A stretch of DNA of 64,000 nt, from the NCBI GenBank assembly GCA_951406725.2, contig OX597819.1, positions 27,900,001 through 27,964,000 on the forward strand, given 5' to 3'. Below, piece by piece: positions 25,367 to 38,424 of the stretch (position 1 is its first letter; every line of letters begins with the position of its first letter). The translations under genes and the position numbers were made by a program. Source of the DNA: Octopus vulgaris (Eukaryota). Below the pieces are notes generated by a model. The model saw only the letters and a list, made by a program, of their open reading frames with translations, did not search any database and was not told where the DNA came from.

Positions 25367-25835
25367 GGCATGGCTGTGTTATTAAAAAGCTCGCTTTGCA
25401 ACCACGTCGCTTCGGGTTCAGTTCCACTGTACGTCACCTTAAGCCAGTGACTACTTCAATTATAGCCCTGAGCCGGCCAATGTCTTGTGAGCAAATTTTA
25501 GTAGACGGAAACTAAGTGAAAGCCCTTCGTATGTATGTGTGTGTGTGTGTCTTTATGTTTATGTTTGTTCCTACCATTTGACAACTTTGCTTATGTCTGT
25601 GTAACTTAGTGGTTCTGCGGCAGAGGCAAAGAATACGCACATCACCTGTTCATGGCGTAACCCTAACCCTAAACACCGGGTATGCGTATTCTTTACCTTC
25701 GCCGGTTCTGCAAAACAGGCTGATAGAATAAGTATGAAAAATAAGTACTGAGGTTGATTTGTTAGATTAAAACTCTTCAATGTAGTGCTCCAGCATGACT
25801 GCAGTTCAGTGACCGAAACACAGAAGATAAGAGAT
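25367..25835 (+). mobile_element. Family-A SINE interrupted by an 85-bp MITE
   Basis: gcatggctgtgt...gggttcagttccactg...gtagacggaaact...gctccagcatgactgcag. Confidence 0.8.
25619..25703. mobile_element. 85-bp MITE, GG...CC termini, 8-bp TSD (Merlin-like)
   Basis: TIRs ggcagaggcaaagaatacgca / tgcgtattctttaccttcgcc; perfect TSD ggttctgc (25611-25618, 25704-25711); internal taaccctaaccctaa. Confidence 0.9.
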
Positions 25836-25905
25836 ATCTTATACATAGAAAGAGGGAGGAGCGTAGCGCATATACATCCATACAAATATGCTCCAAAGTT
25901 AAACA

Positions 25906-25940
25906 TATAAAGCGGGGTTAGAAAATAGCAGGCGTCAGTT
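25906..25940 (+). promoter_or_regulatory. ACADS core promoter: TATA box plus initiator
   Basis: TATAAA at 25906-25911 and TCAGTT at 25935-25940, with the Inr A (25937) 31 nt after the TATA start; local CpG enrichment; ATG 98 nt downstream. Confidence 0.7.
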
Positions 25941-26034
25941 AGTGAAAGAGCACCGATCTGTGTTCAGTTGCGATAACTGATTTGATACGAAGTCTTCTCA
26001 CCGGTCACTTTTCCAAGTTTTTTCGACTATCACA

Positions 26035-26080
26035 ATGGCAACTACCTGTCTTCTAAGATATGTCCAGAAGGCATATTCCA
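26035..26080 (+). CDS. ACADS: ACADS exon 1 (mitochondrial presequence)
   Basis: acaATGg context, MATTCLLRYVQKAYS, donor a|gtaagc. Phase 1 joins exon 2 to give ...AYSRVPARAFSS, basic and acid-free like a presequence. Confidence 0.75.
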
Positions 26081-26833
26081 GTAAGCCTCATTTATCTTTC
26101 GTATGTACATGTATGTGTGTGTGTTGTTGTTGTATTAGAGGAATTATAATATATACCCGCTAACACTGAAACCTAATACGGATCATTGGCTCCAGCCTCA
26201 GCTGTGAACTTCGAACCTTATGGATGATTAATTATAGAACTTACTCAGCGTATCTATTTGTTTAGATCACCAGTGAACTAAACCCCTCATATTCTTTATA
26301 TATATATATATAGTATCATGTTTGAAAACCTTCCTGTAGAGGCATATTTGTTTACTTTCTATTTCCTCTCTCTCTTTTACATGTCATTCCATTATTAATT
26401 GAAGTTTTAATCAAAACAAAGTAATTAGAGATTTACAAGCTTTATATTTCAGCGTTAAAAGTTACTGCAACTCTTCTATCTATAATAGTATTGTTTTATT
26501 GTTTTAGTGCGATATTCTTAAATAAATAAGTATAACACTTCCTTCTAACCGCTTACATATATATCTACTGTTATTCTCATATGTTATTTAAAATGTTTAG
26601 CTGAGTGTATAAGGGCCTGTTTTGCCCTAGCCCAGTGTTGATCGAGTGACTCTCTCGCCAGGGGCGTGATCTTCATCAATGTTATTTAGCACTTATTTAA
26701 GATGATAGGAAATGATTTATCTGCTATTTCTAGCAGATCCAGCAAACACGTAGAGTCTACTTCGTTGGCTCATAAATTGCTTTCACAGACTTAACGCGGT
26801 GAATGACCTCAAATATCTCTTGTTTACTCTGTA

Positions 26834-28544
26834 TGTATTTCTTTCTCGCACCCGAAGTTTCTCAATATTTTGATTATAAACACCATCCAAGGTCTTACTT
26901 CACAAAGTTATACATGTAAACCACGGAATGTAGCCTTTTTTTCCCATTTGTTATAGGATCGTTATGTTCAAGTGAAGTTGATTCAATTCAATCAGTCAAA
27001 TTAAAGCTATACCATCAAGTTCATTGAATAGTTATATAACACTTAATTTTTCTTTGTTTCACGGGCGGTGGTGGGGGGTTCCAAAATTTTTTTCGGATTT
27101 CTGTTTTCGATATAGAATACGATTTTGCCCAAAACTCACGTTTTTAAAATTTTAATTTCTCCCATTTCCATTAAAAAAGATTAAGAAACACTCAGGAATT
27201 ACTTCATCCCGCCCCTCCCCCCATTTTCTCGCAAATTATTGTTTAAAAATTTTTTTTTTTTGCCAAAAACCCACGTTTTCGGATACGGAGATTCCGGAAA
27301 ATTACCAAAATTCGGAATTTTGACATTTTTTGGCCCCCTCCCCCTTAGCACCCCCGCCTTCATTTTTCACTTTTTTCCGTAACCCTAACCCTAAGTAGAA
27401 AAATTTTTGGAAATTTTTTCAGACTCAAAATTTCTAATGTTTCACTTTTAGCTTTTTAGAAAGTGGGAAAGTTTTTCCAGAAATAATGTCGTTTAGCTGT
27501 TGTTTCTAGCATGTCGGGTTTACTGGTGATGGTCTGATATTTTTGACGTCTGCTATTTCAGTAGAATTCTACGCATGCGTGAAACATTCTGAGTTTTTAG
27601 TTTTTGAAAACAGGGAGATGAGGGATGGGTTTTGTGGGGAAGGGACATTGAATGTTTCTGAAAGAAAAATTAGAATTTTGAAAAAACAAAACAATTCCAG
27701 AATTGTAATCTCTGTATTTTACTACATGGATTTTTAAAAAATTCGAAAAGTGGATCCTTTCGGTTTGAACGGCAGTTTTTTCTAGCGGTGTCATATGAAA
27801 TTGTCACCCATAATTATGACCCTAGAATCGATCTATTGCATTTCAATCTATTTCAGGGTTAGGGTTAGGGGGGGAGGGTATCTTTTTTTCTTCAGAAATG
27901 TAAATTAACCCAATCTGTTTCTTAAACGAGGGACATATTCATACGGCACAGAATGCTTTTTAACTCAATAGACGTCAGTGATTGGTTGAAATTGCAGAAA
28001 TTGAAGAAAGAAAACAACAAATATCTTACAAACTATAGAATTTTCTCAATAAAGGCAAGAGAAAAAGATGTTTTATAAACACATTCTACCAGTATACGAA
28101 GTTTAAAATTTTTTAATTACCTAGAAATTATGTTAAAAACTGCCGTTCAAACTGAAAAGATCCTGAAAAATAGTTAGAAATTAATAAATTGGGATGGGGA
28201 AAATTAAAATTTTGAAAACGTGGTTTTTGGGACAAAATTGTATTCTCTTATATTGAAAACACAAATCCAAAAAATGTCCACCGGAAATGGGTGATGTGCA
28301 CGTTCTTCACTATCACCATTCCACGAAACAAACAAGGAAAAAAAATTCGATGAACTTGATGGTATAGCTTTAATTTGACTGATTAAATTGAATCAACTTC
28401 ACTGAACATAACAATCCTATGACAAATGAAAAAAAAAAGGCTATATTCCGTAATTTATAAGCATAACTTTGTGAAGTAAGACCTTGGATGGTGTTTATAA
28501 TCAAAATATTGAGAAACTTTGATTGGGTGTGAGAAAGAAATACA
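26834..28544. repeat. Long inverted repeat / foldback structure with nested MITE
   Basis: 26834-27064 pairs with 28321-28544 (e.g. caccatccaaggtcttacttcacaaagttat / ataactttgtgaagtaagaccttggatggtg); 27080-27170 pairs with 28190-28275. Confidence 0.88.
27752..28163 (+). mobile_element. About 410-bp MITE with 28-bp TIRs
   Basis: ggatcctttcggtttgaacggcagtttt ... aaaactgccgttcaaactgaaaagatcc; degenerate 8-bp TSD cgaaaagt/tgaaaaat; internal TTAGGG repeats. Confidence 0.9.
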
Positions 28545-28639
28545 GTAATCCGTCACCATATCGCGGTTCACCTATCCCGGTTTATTATTTAAGCTTACTT
28601 CGATTTCACCGTGGTGTTGTTAGGAAACATTCAAGGAAA

Positions 28640-29229
28640 CCAGCTGGACCTGCCTCAAACAATGTCAGATTTTCCCAGCCTGGTGCACTTTTGATTAGGT
28701 GTCAGAAGACCCACTAAGCAGAAACTTTCATCACGCCAAGTTTGTTGTGCAGAATATAAAGAATATGCTAATAGCATTGGCTATTTGGTTTTTAGTCAAT
28801 CACATGTCATCTGTCATCATGTGGTGAACATGATCAATGTTTTCCTCAGTGGTGGCAGATGCAGGACATCCAAACCTTGGGTCATCTTCAAGACTTCCCT
28901 TTCCCTCCTAAATTCAACTGCCCCCTTTTGCACTGTTGATAAAGCTGGAACTTTATCCTCTAATGTAGCAACCATGTCTGCCTAAATGTCCTTGGGGCTA
29001 AACCTTTCTTCTGCAGGTACTTGATAACACCATAATGCCAAATTTCGTACATTTTCAAGAGAAGTCACAACCAGTTACTTCTGAAATGTTCTTTGAAATG
29101 TCAAATGTCAATTTACCTTGACAGAAACAATGAATCTATTAATAAGAAGAGTTGAAATTAATGCATGCAAGCTTGCACAGTTCTAGTATCACTCACTAGT
29201 CAGCCCATGAACTTTTCAGTCTACCCTTG
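28640..29229 (-). mobile_element. Mariner transposase 5' remnant
   Basis: TA-flanked end caagggtagactgaaaagttc; decayed minus-strand translation VIKYLQKKG...LSTVQ...LEDDPRFGCP...EENIDHV...VSA*WV. Confidence 0.8.
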
Positions 29230-30394
29230 TACTGTGCAGTTCTAGCCTTGAAAATATCAAAATGCATGAATATGGATTTAAGAGGTGTCAGAAATTCTCA
29301 TTTATTCTAACATTTGTATTACTCTAGAACAGTGTTTCCTATAGGGGGATATTAGGCTCTTGATGGGAGCAGGGGATATTCTGGGGGATGGAAAAATCTG
29401 TAGACAAATTGTCTCATTTAATAAGATTAAGATGGTTTTAAACATTTTCACCTGAACAACACCACCATGGCAAAGAAAGAAGAATGATATGGATGCAATT
29501 TCTATTTTGACTTTTCATTAATATCTTTTACTAGGACGGGGGAGGAAATGTCTGGTACTTGTCAGTTTGAGGACTACAGCTGGAGTACTATTGGGTAAAG
29601 TTAAATTTTGTAACAAATTGAACTCTAACATTACAACTTTGTTAAAAAAAAGACTGGTGCATTAGAATAAAATAAGAAACTCACGCTATCTGTCCATAAA
29701 TATTTGTAGACAAATATCATGGGTTTATTATTAGGTATTATACTTGCCTTTCTTTATTATGTATTATACTAGCTTTTAATCACTCACTGCAGCTTCTACA
29801 TAGTCATTCAACTTACTCAATATGAGTCCCATGAGTTTAAAAGGGAACCTCAGTGTAATTGCTCAACTTACTAGAAATAGCACCCAATTTCCCTTAAATC
29901 ACATAATACCTCTTTTAAATAAAAATGATATACGAGACATTATAAGTCTCTGATATACAAAAATATATATATCTATATGTTGGTCCATATAATGGACCCG
30001 TGCTTAGCTACTAACCTTTGATCAGTTACCATTTGCAATCCATAGAATCTATAATGTCACAACTGACTAGTACTATCCAATAAAATCCTCTCTGTTACAA
30101 AACACAACAGAGTTCTTTATATCCTAACAGGCAGTCCATTTCATGAGTGACAGCCACTACTTGGCCATTAGATGTCTTTTGCAGAGTCCATTATGTTGCA
30201 AGCATTCAGGTCAGGTTTCTGGTCTGAAGATAATTTTCTCTCTTCTTCTCTGCTTCAGTAACCCTGAAAGAAGTAATAGACATAGCCCTTTTCCCCTCTG
30301 ATTAGGCAATTAAAAATAAAAAAATACATATGCGTTTATTACACAACCACCACTTGAACAAAATGAATGCAGTTTATGACTGAATGCTCTATCT

Positions 30395-31040
30395 TCCATC
30401 ATCGTCAGTTAACATTCGTTGTCCATGCTGGCATGGGTTGGATGGCTTGACCAGGGCTGGCAGGCTGAGAGGCTGCACAGACTCCAGTCTGATTTGGCAT
30501 GGTTTCTATGGCTTGATGCCCTTCCTAACGCCAACCACTCCAAGAGTGCAATGGGTGCTTTTATGTCCCACTGGCATGGGTGCCAGTTGCATGACACCAG
30601 TATCTGCCATGACTACAATTTCATCTGGCTTGATGGGTCTTCTACTCAAGCACAGCATATTGCCAAAGGTTTTGGTTATTTGTCATTGCTTTCTTGAAGC
30701 CCAAGACTCAAAAGATGCTTTTTACATGCCACCAGTACAGGGGCTAGTTACATAACACTAGCATCGGCCACATTGCCTCCATGAGGCTCAATGCTTGAGA
30801 GGTGCTAGTTACATTACACTGGCAGAGGTGCTAGTTATGTAATACTGACATCAGTCACATTGCTTCTGTGATGCCCAGTGCTCAAAAGGTGCTTTTTATG
30901 TGCCACCAGCACAGATGCCACTTACATGACACCAGCTTCAGCTATGACTACAATTTCAAATGGCTTGACAGTTCTTCTCAAGCAAGGCATATCACCGAAG
31001 GTCTCGGTCACTAGTCATTGCCTCTGTGAGGCCCAGCATT
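30395..31040 (-). mobile_element. Family-C repeat with (GAT)n tail
   Basis: Reverse complement of gtggttggcgttaggaagggcatc...ccaacccatgccagcatgga...gatgatg. Confidence 0.8.
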
Positions 31041-31373
31041 TGAGTATATGTATATATATATATGTGATAATTTCTGTCTGTCTGTTATCCTCTTGCTGCC
31101 CAAACCTGGGAACCAATCTTTGCCAAACTTTGTATACATGTTGAACTAACATCCAGTTCAATTATAGGCTAATTGGATTTCAATAAAAAATCGGTATTGA
31201 ACCGACTATGGGGGTTGGGCTATTACATGATAAAATGAGAGGGGTGCAAAAATTTTAGATTCAGGGATATGTGACATAATGAGGGTGGATGATATCAGGG
31301 AAGGGGAGGAGACAGGATGAGATAGACACACAAGGAATGTGAGAGACAGAGAGAATGATAGACAGGGACGTCT

Positions 31374-33250
31374 TCCATATATATAAAAGAGAATTTGTGT
31401 GTGCATGTTTTCCTTATGCATTCGAAAACTGAGTTGCTAATTTTGATGTATGGGATATCAAAAGATTCAGTAATCTTATGACTACCAAATAAACTTTATT
31501 TTCATTTACATATTTGCATTACAAAAGTTTTACATTATAATCTTTTCCATAAGTCAATTATTGTAAGCATTTTATACCACAATGACAACAACGATGTCAC
31601 ATTTTCTATATGAGTGTGTACTTTAAAAGACATCCATTTCTCTATATGTTATGACAAAATATGGTCACTCACTTTCTCTTTCACATGCACACACACATGC
31701 ACACATATATACAAAAAAGATGTATGCATATGTATTTATGTATGTGTATATAAAAGATGTGTGTGAGACAGAGAGACTGAATGAGTGCCACTTACACATA
31801 TATAACAACACACACCTTCACTCACTCTTTCTCCTCTCTTCCTCTCTCATGCACACACACACACACACACACATCCATTCATATATATGTACATGCATCT
31901 TTCACTTTCTGCTCTCACTTCAAAGTAAATGTCATGGTTTCACTTGCTCTTCTCTTTCAATTTTTGCTCTCTTCAGAGCATAGAGAAATAAAAAATTTTA
32001 CGGAAATTAATGGATACATTCGAAAACTGAGTTGCCAATTTTGACGTATGGGTTATCAAAAGATTCAGTAATCTTTCGGCTAACAAATAAACTTTATTTT
32101 CATTTACATATTGGCATTACAAAAATTTAACACTATAAATTTTCTTTAATTCAACAAGTCTAAACAACATAATATACCACAATGATGATGCTGTCACATT
32201 TTCTATGGGTGTGTACCTTAACAGACATCAAATGTAGACATCCATTTCTCTATATGTTATGAGGAAATGCAGTCACTCACTTTCTCTCTCATGTGCATAT
32301 ACACAAATATATACAAGAAGGACGTATGCATATGTATTTATGTATGTGTATATGAAAGATAATGTGTGTGTGTATGAGAGAGAGAGAGAGAGAATGAGAT
32401 CGAGTGAGTGCAACTTACACATACATGCAAAAAAGTACATACATGACAGCACACACATTCATTCTCTCTCTCTCTCAAGCATGCATGCACACACACATCC
32501 ATTTCATATACACATAGATCTTTCACTCTCTGCTCTCACCTCAAAGCAAATGCTACCTTTTCACTTTCTCTTCTCTTTCAATTTCTGCTCTCTTCAAAGC
32601 ATAAAGAAATGAGAAATCTTTACAGAAATTAACAAACAATCCCCCGACTTTTTATCTAAATTTCTTCCAATTCCTATATTTATTATACAGGAGATTAAGA
32701 TATCCCCATCCCAATTTCTTAATTTTTTTCACTTTTTTAGAATTTATTCTTGGTAATCCATGGAGAAAAAAACAGAGGGTACGCACCTTTAAGAATTTTC
32801 TTCTCTCTTTTTTATTAAAGAAACACTAAAATCTCCTTCCCAAACATCCACCCATCACCTCACCACTTTCAAAAAGCTACAAACTCCCAATGTTTCACTT
32901 TTAGCTTTTCAGAAAGTGGGGAAGTTTCTTCAGAAATATTGTGATTTACCTGTTGTTTCTAGTATGTCAGGTTTTCTGATGATGCTCTAATATTTTTTAT
33001 GACTGCTATTTCAGTACAATTCTATGCATGCAAGGAACATCGGACAAAAGTGAAACATAGGGTACTTTAAACTTTTTTGAAAGCAGGTAGGTAGTGGGTG
33101 GGTGAGATGGGTGGAAGAGCCATTGAGTGTTTCTTTAAGAAAAATTAAACATTAAAAAAAATATATTCCCAGATTTGTAATTGCTGTATTTTTCTACATG
33201 GATCAAAAAATAAATTCTGTAATTGATGCAGTATTTATCAGTTGATTTCA
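31374..33250 (+). mobile_element. Helitron-like element with two internal tandem units of about 600 bp
   Basis: Start tccatatatataaaag; units begin cattcgaaaactgagttgc at about 31420 and 32017; 32880-33200 is homologous to 27425-27735. 3' end not identified. Confidence 0.6.
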
Positions 33251-33564
33251 CGCTTTGCATGACGAATATACTCTATGATCTTCAGTTGAAAATAACATTT
33301 TAACATCTATTTCTAAAATATTCACTACATTATCTCGTGTGTATTCTTTACTTTAAACGTCCCACTCCGTTTAAAAGAAAACTCTTGTGAACAAGAAAAA
33401 TTTAAATAAAGAAGTATTATTACCGTTATTAATAGTATTAATAAGGTAATAATAACTCCAACCCTACATCCTTTGAGAATGTTGTAACTAGGACAAGGCT
33501 CCTTTTCATCTCGTCGTAAGTCATCCACAAAGGAACAGTGTGTAATTTTGGTATTTCAGTTTCT

Positions 33565-33930
33565 TTTTGAACTGATTGCAATACAGATCTATAGTGTACA
33601 GGATCTGTCCTCTTTATTTCAAGGTACAGCTTGATGTCATCTGCATATTTCAGCACTGTGGCATTCTTTAAGTTGGCATCTATGTCATTAACATGTGCAA
33701 CAAATAAAAGGGGGCCAAGAACAGATCCCTGTGGTACACCAGATGTCATCTCATAGGGTGAAGAGTGCTGTCCTAGAACTGTGACAACCTCTTTTTGGCT
33801 GATAATGAAGGACTTCAACCAGTTATAGAGATCATCTCTTAGACCCATTGCAGAGAGTTTCACCATAAGTCTTTTGTGTGGCACAGAATTAAAAGCCTTA
33901 GCAAAGTCCAGGTAAACAACATCCACCCAG
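33565..33930 (-). mobile_element. LINE reverse-transcriptase fragment (CR1-like)
   Basis: DVVYLDFAKAFNSVPHKRL...SGVPQGSVLGPLLF...LKYADDIKLY. Confidence 0.95.
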
Positions 33931-34589
33931 GATCCTCAATCAGTGAACTAACCAGATCCAGCTTCTCACACCTACCCTGCAATGTCATTCTAAAAATAAA
34001 TAATCATATCTTCGAAATCTCAATGTTATGAGATAATACAAGATTGATTTTATAAAATGTGTATGAATAACTATTACATTTGACAAGGAAATTTCTGAAT
34101 ACTAAAGCCTTTTAAGTTACTGCAGTCTGTGGAATATGTCATCAGGTTTAAACCTGCCATTCCGTCAAGAAACCCAAAGCTTATATACAGCAACATAAAA
34201 ATATTGTTTAGCATACAAAGTGGGTGAAATTATTTAAATCTTAAACATAACTTATACTTTGGTGGGCTAGATCTTTTAGTATCCATGCTGAGTTTGGTGC
34301 ATAAAGGATTTATAGCAGCTGTCATACACCTACTAGCGTAAAAAATTAACTTGCTCAGCTATAAGCTTGATAAGTTTCAATTGTAAAACTAAATGTGGGG
34401 CATAACTCAGAATATACTCTGTTACTTTACCATCCACATGCACAAGCACGTGGACTATATAATGTCAGTAGCTGTTATCTGGACTTTGATACTTGAATGT
34501 CGGGTCAAAATCTAGGATGATAACAGCTTATCAAGGTCAAATTCTTCTGACAAATTTATGCTTGTGTAAAACAGTAGTCAAAGTTGTTA

Positions 34590-34617
34590 TATTTATGTAT
34601 ATGCATATTTTTGTGTA

Positions 34618-34662
<45 letters not shown>

Positions 34663-34963
34663 GAATGTATGTATATATATGATTGTATGTATATATATAT
34701 GTATATATATGAATGTATGTATATATATGAATGTATGTATATATATGAATGTATGTATATATATATGTATATATATATGAATGTATGTATATATATATGT
34801 ATATATATATGAATGTATGTATATATATATGAATGTATGTATATATATATGTATGTGTATATATATGTATGTATATATATATATGAATGTATGTATATAT
34901 GTATGTGTATATATATGTATGTATATATATATGTGTATGTATATATATATATATGTATGTATG

Positions 34964-34994
<31 letters not shown>

Positions 34995-35054
34995 ATATGT
35001 ATGTATGTATGTATATATATATGTATGTATATATGTATATGATATATATATATA

Positions 35055-35088
<34 letters not shown>

Positions 35089-35145
35089 GGGGGGTATGTT
35101 TGTGTGTGTATATGTGTATGTTTGTATACATGTGTGTGTGTTTAT
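34590..35145. repeat. Long compound (TA)n/(TATG)n/(ATGAATGT) microsatellite
   Basis: Direct observation. Confidence 0.95.
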
Positions 35146-36344
35146 ATATTAGGGACTATATGCATCATCATCATTTAATATCTATTTTTCATGCTAGCAT
35201 GGGCTGGAAGATTTGATAGGCACCAGTAAGCTGCAGGGCTGCTTCAAGTTCCATTGTCATTTTTGGTATGGTTTCTACAGATGGATGACCTTCCTAATGC
35301 CAACCACATTACAGTGTGTACTGTGGGTGCTTTTTAATGCCACTGGGCAGTAGTGAAGTCGACAAGTAACTTGCAAAAGAGGAAAAAGCCTGTGTGACTA
35401 AGTGAGATTGGGGAAGTATTTAAGTGGGGAGTTGGTTTTATACGAGGGGTTGAGAAGCCAAGAGACAAACACAGATGTCTTACTATAGAAAAGATACATG
35501 GGCACCTTGCATTATATAAGGGTGGGAATGGCTGAGAAGAAGGTAAAGATGATAATGATGGGGTGCCTGAGCAAACCTTTAAGGAGCAAAAAGCCCAGCA
35601 TAAGAGAGGATACTGAAAGTGGATCAGTGGTAGGAGGGATAGTTTCAAAATAGTGTGAAGAAAGAACATGTTTAGAGATGGGGGTAGAGGTGAATGTAAT
35701 GAGTGATAAACAAGGGTGGAGGTGTTGTTGATTGAAGATACCAGTATGGAGAGAGGGTGGGTAAGAGAGGATACATTTGGAAGCAGGGGATTGATGTGCA
35801 AGATGTTGGAGCAGTTAGGAGGGAGATGTGCAGGCACATAAGGGTGGCTGTAAGGAGTGAAGCATGATGGTGGATTATAGAGGACATTGTGAATGATAGC
35901 AGATATGAGAGCTGTTAAGGTAAAGTATGGCAGAAGAGAGGAACAGATAACTGAAAGCACAGAGAAGAGGTGATCAGTGAAAATAGTATATTGTCCTTCT
36001 TCTGTTTTGAAGACAGCAGTGTGTGTGATTTAAGAGAGATTTAGCTGCTATTACTAGGTCTAATGACTATGTAGAGGCATTGTCAGATTTGGCGTGATTT
36101 CTACAATTGGATGCCCTTCCTAATACCAACCACATTATGGTATGTAATGGATGCATTTTTATGCCACTGAACACTGGTAACTTGCAGAACAGGACAAGAA
36201 CTTGAAAAGCCTGCTGGACTAAATGGTGTTGGGGAATATTTAGGCAGGGAGGTGATTTTGTACCAGGTGTTCAGAGGGCGTGGTTTTTAAGACAGCAGTG
36301 TGTGAGTTAAGAGACTTAGCTGCTATTTCTAGGTCTAATGACCA

Positions 36345-37353
36345 TGTAGCGGTCTCTGATATCCTCACTGTTTGAGAGACACAGCAGGAATGATCTCGTT
36401 TGAGATTACAGCCATCTTTGGCCAAGTTGTTCCTGTTGTAACCACTGACCTGATTGGTTGACATGTGGCGCGATTTATCTCTACTTATTTCGCGCCACTG
36501 GCCAAAGCCAACCAATCACGGCCTTTGGTTAAGGTCCCTTATCCTAGGCTCTGTTGAGCCACCTTACTTGTATATAAGGGAGTGTTCTCAGTATACTTGG
36601 GTCTTTGGTTCTAGTCCTTCTAAGGACTAGACCTCTGACCACAGAGCTACTCAACATGTTCCAGTCACAGCGACAGACGATCAGCCACGACGACGCTAAT
36701 GTACACCCGAAACAGAACGCCTTCTATCTCCGCCGCCGTTGTCACCATCATTGTACCAACTTCAAGTCGTCTCTACCATCGTCGCCATCACCATCGTCCA
36801 CTTCAGACATGTACACACCAACTTCACAGATCCACGCTGTTAGAGTGAATCCCTTCACCAATTAGAAACAGTCCATCTGAAGAATTCTATATTAGGAGAA
36901 CCAGCTCGGCAATTGAGACCACGACCGCGGCTCGACAATATTCGCCCAACCGGCCTCCGCCCGAGACATAACATCTTGATATTGAACTCTTACATACCGT
37001 GTACCTTATGAACTGCAAACCAATTTCCATCATTAACTCTATGCTCTGTATTTTCTGTGTCACACGCATTCACCCTTATTGTATCTGTCACCCACACGAA
37101 CACACAGACACAAACACGTGTTGCAAGCACACACATACACAACACCTGCTAGCACTCATAACCTTCTAACCTTAACACCATTGTAAATAAAATCTTATCT
37201 ATCTTTCAAACAGTGGAACGGCTCGTCTTTCATCTATATTCTGTTGGCACTGCATTGTATAAATTGTATTTATGGCTTATCTTATTTCGTTAGGGATGCG
37301 ACCGTGTGACTTACCTACATCGCCAACCTCCACATACGGTCGTATTTCCTACA
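36345..37353 (+). mobile_element. Solo LTR (1009 bp, 4-bp TSD, Gypsy-like)
   Basis: TGTAG...CTACA termini; TSD acca on both sides; empty-site homolog taatgactatgtagaggc at about 36061; CCAAT 36512, TATATAA 36571, AATAAA 37186; CpG-rich. Confidence 0.88.
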
Positions 37354-37604
37354 ACCATGTAGAGGCAAAAGAGAGACATTTTTATTTTTTAGCACTGGTA
37401 TTTAAATTACCAGTTTTGTAGTTTTGTAGTCATTATTTGACATCACACTATCCTATTCCCTCCTCTGGCTGCTTGGTTAAAACTTGATACCCTGGAAGTT
37501 TAACTCAAAAGTGTGATATGCTAAAATACTAATATTTTTATGTATACTCATGTACATTTAGACATTTAATTTGAAAAGACTGTTGTTGTTTATCAAATAT
37601 TGGT

Positions 37605-37814
37605 TTTAGATTTTGGCACAAGGCCAACAGTTTTGGGGAAGGGTGTAAGTCAATTACATCAACCCCAGTGATCAACTGGTACTTATTTTATTGACCCTGG
37701 AAAGATGAAAGGCAAAGTTGACCGCAGTGAAATTTTAACTCAGAACATAAAGACAGATGAAATACCATGAAGCATTTTGCCCAGCATGCTAATGATTCTG
37801 TCAACTTGCTGCCT
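37605..37814 (-). mobile_element. Family-B SINE
   Basis: Reverse complement of the 8412 element. Confidence 0.85.
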
Positions 37815-38424
37815 TGTTTATCAAATATTATTGTAATGAATCGAAAGTTAGGCAGAGTTGTGAAGGATGACATGTTCTACATTTTGCCCAAAATTTATTG
37901 TTCAAAATTACATACTGCAAAGTTACACACTGCTACTTCAGTTTAATCAGAGCTATTTGATGTGGAGTGTCCCATGAGGCATCACTGTCATTGTTTTCTC
38001 TAGGTCAGTGGTGATCTACCCATCAATGACCAATTACCATTTCTTTTTTTTTTCTTTTTTTCACAATTGCAGTTTGCTTTTGCACTGTTGCATTCATTGG
38101 AATCAGATCTCCTGACTGAGGATAATTTCCTCCCATCACTCTCAGAGATCTTGAAAATAAATCATGGATGTTACTTTGACTGCATCATATAAAAATAAAA
38201 TAGGCTTTATTATTCAGTATCTCATTTTTTTAAAGGTGTTATGATATGTTTTGAAAAATTCTGGCTGTTCTTTCTTGCAGGTTGAGTGACTATAGAGATA
38301 GTCCCTCATAGGCTAGTCTGTAGGTCTGTGTTCTGTTACTACTGCATCAACAATTCAGTTTCAATTCATTGTTGGAACTGTTTATGTATAGAGCAAATAT
38401 GGTACCTGATACTTATTGGAGATT

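Noticed and set aside
34493-35178. Several long Y/I/H/M/C/V-rich ORFs
   Set aside because: Microsatellite translations.
35334-35960. 208-aa minus-strand ORF
   Set aside because: Arises from strand-biased purine-rich repeat sequence next to a family-C element; no domain motifs or splice support.
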